Shown here piece by piece: positions 55,993-64,000 of a stretch of 64,000 nucleotides of DNA. Within the stretch, counting starts at the first letter, position 1. Each line of letters starts with the position of its first letter. The notes beneath the pieces were generated by a model. The model was not told the DNA's origin. It saw nothing but the letters and a program-made list of their open reading frames with translations, and did not search any database. The translations under genes and the position numbers were made by a program. The stretch comes from Pristiophorus japonicus (lineage: Eukaryota): the NCBI RefSeq assembly GCF_044704955.1, contig NW_027252668.1, forward strand, positions 2,790,001 to 2,854,000. Direction: 5' to 3'.

Positions 55993-57581
55993 ATATCTGT
56001 CTCTGGTGTGTGAGGGTGGGCTTTTCCCTGTATATATCTGGCTCTGGTGTGTGAGGGTGGGATATTCCCTGGAAATATCTGTCTCTGGTGTGTGAGGGTG
56101 GGCTTTTCCCTGTATAGATCTGTCTCCGGTATGTGAGGGTGGGATTTTCCCTGTATAGGTCTGTCTCCAGTATGTGAGGGTGGTATTTTCGCTCTTTATA
56201 TCTGTCTAGTGTGTGAGGGTGGTACTTTTCCTGTATATCTATATATATAATCTCCGGTATGTGAGGGTGGGATTTTTCCTGGATATATCTGTCTCTGGTG
56301 TGTGAGGGTGGGATATTCCCTGTATATATCTGTCTCTGGTGTGTGAGGCTGGGATTTTCCCTGTATATATCTGTCTCTGGTATGAAAGAGTGGGATTTTC
56401 TCTCTATATATCTGTCTCTGTTGTCAGGGTGGGATTTTCTCTGGAAATATCTGTCTCTGGTCTGTGTGGGTGGAATTTTCCCTGTATAAATCTGTCTCTG
56501 GTGTGTGAGGGTGGGATTTTCCTTGTATATATCGTCTCTGGTGTGTGAGGGTGGGATTTTCTCTGTATATAATCGGTCTCTGGTATGTGAGGGTGGGATT
56601 TTCTCTGTGCATATCTGTCTCTGGTATGTGATGGTGCGATTATCCCTGTATATATCTGTCTCTGGTATGTGATGGTGGGATTTTCCCTGTATATATGTCT
56701 CTGGTGTGTGAGGGTTAGATTTTCTCTGTATTTTTCTGTCTCTGGTATGTGAGGGTGGGATTTTCTCTATATATCTGTCTCTGGTGTGAGGGTGGGATTT
56801 TCTCTGTATATATCTGGCTCTGGTGTGTGAGGATGGAATTTTCCCTGAATATATCTGTCTCTGGTGTGTGAGGGTCGGCTTTTCCCTGTATATATCTGTC
56901 TCGGGTGTGTGAGAGTGGGATTTTCCCTGTATATACCTGTCTCTGGAATGTGAGGGTGGGATTTTCTCTGTGCATATCTGTCTCTGGTATGTGATGGTGG
57001 TATTTTCACTGTATATATCTCTCTCTGGTGTGTGAGGTTCGGATTTTCTCTGTATATATCTGTCTCTAGTGTGTGAGGGTGGGATTTTCTCTATATATCT
57101 GTCTCTGGTGTGAGGGTGGGATTTTCTCTGTATATATCTGGCTCTGGTGTGTGAGGATGGAATTTTCCCTGAATATATCTGTCTCTGGTGTGTGAGGGTG
57201 GGATTTTCCCTGTATATATCTGTCTCTGGTGTGTGAGGGTGGGATTTTCCCTGTAGAGACCTGTCTCTGGTATGTGATGGTGGGATTTTCACTGTATATA
57301 TCAGTCTCTGGTGTGAGGGTGGGATTTTCTCTGTATATATCTCTCTCTGGTGTGTGAGGTTCGGATTTTCTCTGTATATATCTGTCTTTAGTGTGTGAGG
57401 GTGGGATTTTCTCTGTATATATCTGTCTCTGGTGTGTGAAGGTGGGATATTTACTGTATATATCAGTCTCTGGTGTGAGGATGGAATTTTCCCTGTATAT
57501 ATCGGTCTCTGGTATGTGAGGGTGGGATTTTCCATGCTTATATTGGTCTCTGGTATGTGAGGGTGGGATTTTCCCTGAATA

Positions 57582-58590
57582 TGCTGTGCTGGGGCCCCAG
57601 CTGTTTACATTGTACATTAATGATTTGGACGAGGGGATTAAATGTAGTATCTCCAAATTTATGGATGACACTAAGTTGGGTGGCAGTGTGAGCTGCGAGG
57701 AGGATGCTATCAGGCTGCAGAGTGACTTGGATAGGTTTGGTGAGTGCGCAAATGCATGGCAGATGAAGGATAATGTGGATAAAGTTGAGGTTATCCACTT
57801 TGGTGGTAAAAACAGAGAGACAGACTATTATCTGAATGGTGACAGATTAGGAAAAGGGGATATGCAACGAGACCTGGGTGTCATGGTACATCAGTCATTG
57901 AAGGTTGGCATGCAGGTACAGCAGGCGGTTAAGAAAGCAAATGGCATGTTGGCCTTCATAGCGAGGGGATTTGAGTACAGGGGCAGGGAGGTATTGCTAC
58001 AGTTGTACAGGGCCTTGGTGAGGCCACACCTGGAGTATTGTGCACAGTTTTGGTCTCCTAACTTGAGGAAGGACATTCTTGCTATTGAGGGAGTGCAGCG
58101 AAAGTTCACCAGACTGATTCCCGGGATGGCGGGACTGACATATCAAGAAAGACTGGATCAACTGGGCTTGTATTCACTGGAGTTCAGAAGAATGAGAGGG
58201 GATCTCATAGAAACGTTTAAAATTCTGACGGGTTTAGACAGGTTAGATGCAGGAAAAATGTTCCCAATGTTGGAAGGCCAGAACCAGGGGTCACAGTCCA
58301 AGGATAAGGGGTAATCCATTTAGGACTGAGATGAGGAGAAACTTCTTCACCCAGAGAGTGGTGAACCTGTGGAATTCTCTACCACAGAAAGTTGTTGTGG
58401 CCAATTCACTAAATATATTCAAAAAGGAGTTAGATGAAGTCCTTACTACTCGGGGGATCAAGGGGTATGGCGAGAAAGCAGGAATAGGGTACTGAGGTTG
58501 CATGTTCAGCCATGAACTCATTGAATGGCGCTGCAGGCTCGAAGGGCCGAATGGCCTACTCCTGCACCTATCTTCTGTGTTTCTGTGTTT
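57582..58590 (+). mobile_element. CR1, 5'-truncated, with complete 3' tail
   Basis: ORFs 57586-58314 and 58247-58495; same 5' junction as 2641 and 55562. Confidence 0.92.
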
Positions 58591-59820
58591 CTGTATATCT
58601 GTCTCTGGTGTGTGAGGGTGGGATTTTCCCTGAATACATCTGTCTCTGGTATGAGAGAGTGGGATTTTCTCTCTATATATCTGTCTCTGGTGTGTCAGGG
58701 TGGGATTTTCACTGGAAATATCTGTCTCTGGTCTGTGTGGGTGGGATTTTCCCTGTATAAATCTGTCTCTGGTGTAAGGGTGAGATTTTCCTTGTATATA
58801 TCTGTCTCTGGTCTGAGGGTGGAATTTTCCCTGTATATATCTGTCTCTGGTGTGTGAGGGTGGAATGTTCCCTGTATTTCATCGGTCTCCGGTGTGTGAG
58901 GGTGGGATTTTATTTGAATATATCTGTCTCTGGTGTCTGAGCATGGGATTTTCCCTGTATATATCTGTCTCTGGTATGAGAGAGTGGAATTTTATCTCTA
59001 TATATCTGTCTCTGGTGTGTCAGGGTGGGAGTTTCACTGGAAATATCTGTCTCTGGTCTGTGTGGGTGGGATTTTCCCTGTATAAATCCGTCTCTGGTGT
59101 GTGAGGGTGGGATTTCCTCTGTATATAATCGGTCTCTGGTATGTGAGGGTGGGATTTTCCCTGTATATATCTGTCTCTGGTGTGTGAGGGTGGGATTTTC
59201 CCTGTATATACCTGTCTCTGCAATGTGAGGGTGGGATTTTCTCTCTCTATATATGTCTCTGGTGTGTGAGGGTAGGATTTTCTCTGTATTTTTCTGTCTC
59301 TGGTATGAGAGAGTGGGATTTTCTCTCCATATATCTGTCTCTGGTGTGTCAGGGTGGGATTTTCTCTGGAAATATCTGTCTCTGGTCAGTGTGGGTGGGA
59401 TTTCCCCTGTATAAATCTATCACTGGTACGTGAGGGTGGGATTTTCCCTGTATAGAATCGGTCTCTGGTGTTTGAGGGTCGGATTTTCTCTGTATATATC
59501 TGTCTGGTGTGTGAGGGTGGGATTTTTTCTCTATATATCTGTCTCTGGTATGTGATGGTGGGATTTTCCCTGTAGAGACCTGTCTCTGGTATGTGAGGGT
59601 GGGATTTTCTCTGTATATATCTGTCTCTGGTACGTGATGGTGGGATTTTCCCTGTATATATCTGTCTCTGGTGTGAGGGTGGGATTTTCTCTGTATATAT
59701 CTGTCTCTGGTATGTGAGGGTGGGATTTTCCTTGTATATATCTGGCTCTGGTGTGTGAGGATGGAATTTTCCATGAATATATCTGTCTCTGGTATGTGCG
59801 GGTGGGATTTTCTCTGTATA

Positions 59821-62800
59821 GAAACATAGCAACATAGAAAATAGGTGCAGGAGCAGGCCATTCAGCCCTTCTAGCCTGCACCGCCATTCAATGAGTTCAT
59901 GGCTGAACATGAAACTTTAGTACCCCTTCCTGCTTTCTCGCCATACCACTTGATCCCCCGAGTAGTAAGGACTTCATCTAACTCCCTTTTGAATATATTT
60001 AGTGAATTGGCCTCAACTACTTTCTGTGGTAGAGAATTCCACAGGTTCACCACTCTCTGGGTGAAGAAGTTTCTCCTCATCTCGGTCCGAAATGGCTTAC
60101 CCCTTATCCTTAGACTGTGACCCCTGGTTCTGGACTTCCCCAACATTGGGAACATTCTTCCTGCATCCAACCTGTCCAAACCCGTCAGAATTTTAAACAT
60201 TTCTATGAGGTCCCCTCTCACTCTTCTGAACTCCAGTGAATACAAGCCCAGTTGATCCAGTCTTTCTTGATAGGTCAGTCCCATCATCCCGGGAATCAGT
60301 CTGGTGAATCTTCGCTGCACTACCTCAATAGCAAGAATGTCCTTCCTCACGTTAGGAGACCAAAACTGTACACAATTCTCCAGGTGTGGCCTCACCAAGG
60401 CCTCGTACAACTGTAGCAATACCTCCCAGCCCCTGTACTCAAATCCCCTCGCTATGAAGGCCAACATGACATTTGCTTTCTTAACCGCCTGCTGTACCTG
60501 CATGCCAACCTTAAATACTGATGTACCATGACACCCAGGTCTCGTTGCACCTTCCCTTTTCCTAATCTGTCACCATTCAGATAATAGTCTGTCTCTCTGT
60601 TTTTACCACCAAAGTGGATAACCTCATATTTATCCACATTATACTTCATCTGCCATGCATTTGCCCACTCACCTAACCTATCCAAGTCACTGTGCAGCCT
60701 CATAGCATCCTCCTCGCAGCTCACACTGCCACCCAACTTAGTGTCATCCGCAAATTTGGAGATACTACATTTAATCCTCTCGTCTAAATCATTAATGTAC
60801 AATGTAAACAGCTGGGGCCCCAGCACAGAACCTTGCGGTACCCCACTAGTCACTGCCTGCCATTCTGAAAAGTACCCATTTACTCCTACTCTTTGCTTCC
60901 TGTCTGACAACCAGTTCACAATCCACGTCAGCACACTACCCCCAATCCCATGTGCTTTAACTTTGCACATTAATCTCTTGTGTGGGACCTTGTCGAAAGC
61001 CTTCTGAAAGTCCAAATATACATCAACTGGTTCTCCTTTGTCCACTTTACTGGAAACATCCTCAAAAAATTCCAGAAGATTTGTCAAGCATGATTTCTCT
61101 TTCACAAATCCACGCTGACTTGGACCTATCATGTCACCATTTTCCAAATGCGCTGCTATGACATTCTGAATAATTGATTCCATCATTTTACCCACTACTG
61201 AGGTCAGGCTGACCGGTCTATAATTCCCTGCTTTCTCTCTCCCTCCTTTTTTAAAAAGTGGGGTTACATTGGCTACCCTCCACTCGATAGGAACTGATCC
61301 AGAGTCAATGGAATGTTGGAAAATGACTGTCAATGCATCCGCTATTTCCAAGGCCACCTCCTTAAGTACTCTGGGATGCAGTCCATCAGGCCCTGGGGAT
61401 TTATCGGCCTTCAATCCCATCAATTTCCCCAACACAATTTCCCGACTAATAAAGATTTCCCTCAGTTCCTCCTCCTTACTAGACCCTCTGACCCCTTTTA
61501 TATCCGGAAGGTTGTTTGTGTCCTCCTTAGTGAATACTGAACCAAAGTACTTGTTCAATTGGTCTGCCATTTCTTTGTTCCCCGTTATTACTTCCCCTGA
61601 TTCTGACTGCAGGGGACCTACGTTTGTCTTTACTAACCTTTTTCTCTTTACATATCTATAGAAACTTTTACAATTGGCCTTAATGTTCCCTGCAAGCTTC
61701 TTCTCGTACTCCATTTTCCCTGCACTAATCAAACCCTTTGTCCTCCTCTGCTGAGTTCTAAATTTCTCCCAGTCCCCAGGTTCGCTGCTATTTCTGGCCA
61801 ATTTGTTTGCCACTTCCTTGGCTTTAATACTATCCCTGATTTCCCTTGATAGCCACGGTTGAGCCACCTTCACTTTTTTATTTTTACGCCAGACAGGAAT
61901 GTACAATTGTTGTAATTCATCCATGCGGTCTCTAAATGTCTGCCATTGCCCATCCACAGTCAACCCCTTAAGTATCATTCGCCAATCTATCCTAGCCAAT
62001 TCACGCCTCATACCTTCAAAGTTACCCTTCTTTCAGTTCTGGACCATGGTCTCTGAATTAACTGTTTCATTCTCCATTCTAATGCAGAATTCCACCATAT
62101 TATGGTCACTCTTCCCCAAGGGGCCTCGCACAATGAGATTGCTAATTAATCCTCTCTCATTACACAACACCCAGTCTAAGATGGCCTCCCCCCTAGTTGG
62201 TTCCTCGACATATTGGTCTAGAAAACCATCCCTTATGCACTCCAGGAAATCCTCCTCCACCGTATTGCTTCCAGTTTGGCTAGCCCAATCTATGTGCATA
62301 TTAAAGTCATCCATTATAACTGCTGCACCTTTATAGCATGCACCCCTAATTTCCTGTTTGATGCCCTCCCCAACATCACTACTACTGTTTGGAGGTCTGT
62401 ACACAACTCCCACTAACGTTTTTTGCCCTTTGGTGTTCTGCAGCTCTACCCATATAGATTCCACATCATCCAAGCTCATGTCTTTCCTAACTATTGCATT
62501 AATCTCCTCTTTAACCAGCAATGCTACCCCACCTCCTTTTCCTTTTATTCTATCCTTCCTGAATGTTGAATACCCCTGGATGTTGAGTTCCCAGCCCTGA
62601 TCATCCTGGAGCCACGTCTCCGTAATCCCAATCACATCATATTTGTTAACATCTATTTGCACAGTTAATTCATCCACCTTATTGCGGATACTCCTTGCAT
62701 TAAGACACAAAGCCTTCAGGCTTGCTTTTTTAACACCCTTTCTCCTTCTAGAATTTTGCTGTACAGTGGCCCTTTTTGTTCTTTGCCTTGAGTTTCTCTG

Positions 62801-62960
62801 CCCTCCACTTTTCCTCATCTCCTTTCTGTCTTTTGCTTTTGCCTCCTTTTTGTCTCCCTCTGTCTCCCTGCATTGGTTCCCATCCCCCTGCCATATTAGT
62901 TTAACTCCTCCCCAACAGCACTAGCAAACACTCCCCCTAGGACATTGGTTCCGGTCCTGC
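59821..62960 (-). mobile_element. Young CR1 LINE with near-complete ORF2 (APE endonuclease + RT) and the end of ORF1
   Basis: LCLNARSIRNK..IGITETW..GVVYRPP (endonuclease); 519-aa RT ORF; one nonsense codon at 62033 and one frameshift near 60515; possible TSD CTGTATA. Confidence 0.95.
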
Positions 62961-63834
62961 CTGTATATATCTGTCTCCGGTATGTGAGGGTGGGATTTTC
63001 CCGGTATATAAATATATAGTCTCGAGTATGCGAGGGTGGGATTTTCCCTGTATACATCTGTCTCTGGTGTGTGAGGGTCGGCTTTTCCCTATATATATCT
63101 GTCTCTGGTATGTGATGGTGGGATTTTCCCTGTATATATGTCTCTGGTGTGAGAGGGTAAGATTTTCTCTGTATTTTTCTGTCTCTGGTATGTGAGGGTG
63201 GGATTTTCTCTGTTTATATCTGTCTCTGGTGTGAGGTTCAGATTTTCTCTGTATATATCTGTCTCTGGTATGTGAGGGTGAGATTTTCGCTGTATAAATC
63301 TGTCTCTGGTGTGTGAGGATGGAATTTTCACTGAATATATCTGTCTCTGGCATGTGCGGGTGGGATTTTCTCTGTGTCTATCTGTCTCCGGTATGTGAGG
63401 GTGGAATTTTCCCGGTATATAAATATATAGTCTCCAGTATGCGAGGGTGGGATTTTCCCTGTATGTATCTGCCTCTGGTGTGTGATGGTGGGATTTTCCC
63501 TGTATACATCTGTCTCTGGAGTGTGAAGGTGGGATTTTTACTGTATATATCTGTCTCTGGTGTGTGAGGGTGGGATTTTCCCTGAATATATCTGTCTCTT
63601 GTGTGTGAGGGTGGGATTTTCCCTGTATATATCTGTCTCTGGTATGTGAGCGTGGGATTTTCCATGCTTATATCGGTCTCTGGTATGTGAGGGTGGGATT
63701 TGTCCTTTATATATCTGTCTCTGGTGTGTGAGGGTCGGCTTTTCCCTGTATATATCTGTGTCGGGTGTGTGAGAGTGGGATTTTCTCTGTATATATCTGT
63801 CTCTAGTGTGTGAGGGTGGGAATTTCCCTGAATA

Positions 63835-64000
63835 TGCTGTGCTGGGGCCCCAGCTGTTTACATTGTATATTAATGATTTGGACGAGGGGATTAAATGCAG
63901 TATCGGCAAATTTGCAGATGACACTAAGTTGGGTGGCAGTGTGAGCTGCGAGGAGGATGCCATCAGGCTGCAGAATGACTTGGATAGGTTTGGTGAGTGC
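63835..64000 (+). mobile_element. CR1 RT fragment running off the window
   Basis: Fourth copy of the CCCTGAATA|TGCTGTGCTGGGGCCCC junction. Confidence 0.88.

Larger units (their letters stand above)
55035..63834 (+). repeat. Satellite type A array interleaved with CR1 copies
   Basis: Same unit as 1365-4145 at 55035-55561, 55993-57581, 58590-59820 and 62961-63834. Confidence 0.92.

Noticed and set aside
55934-57535. 533-aa repetitive ORF (KIPPSHTRDRY)
   Set aside because: It is the stop-poor strand of satellite A; the frame shifts between units and there is no gene structure.

Overview
Eukaryotic (vertebrate, most likely cartilaginous-fish; inferred from the repeat families) replication-dependent histone locus, buried in CR1/RTE LINEs, Deu-type SINEs and several satellites. 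The window holds remnants of three histone repeat units with order H1(+) H4(+) H3(+) H2A(-) H2B(-): an isolated H3 pseudogene (125-535), a decayed unit lacking H3 (4878-9080) and a more intact unit (44645-52403) in which H1, H3.2 and H2A are open but H4 and H2B are disrupted. Older H2A/H2B relics, a C2H2 zinc-finger gene with a probable NRF1-type CpG promoter, a 5-kb 33-bp minisatellite and a 200-N gap are also present. Main observation: three independent poly(A)-tailed, TSD-flanked retro-insertions sit in sense orientation within the first ~6 codons of histone genes. Two are 5'-truncated Tx1-clade LINE copies (in H4 and in H2B). The third is a 235-bp element built from rearranged U2 snRNA hairpins, in the paralogous H2B at essentially the same site. 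This suggests a histone-start-targeting retrotransposon system with a U2-derived passenger. Novelty cannot be verified without database searches, and most repeat boundaries are approximate.
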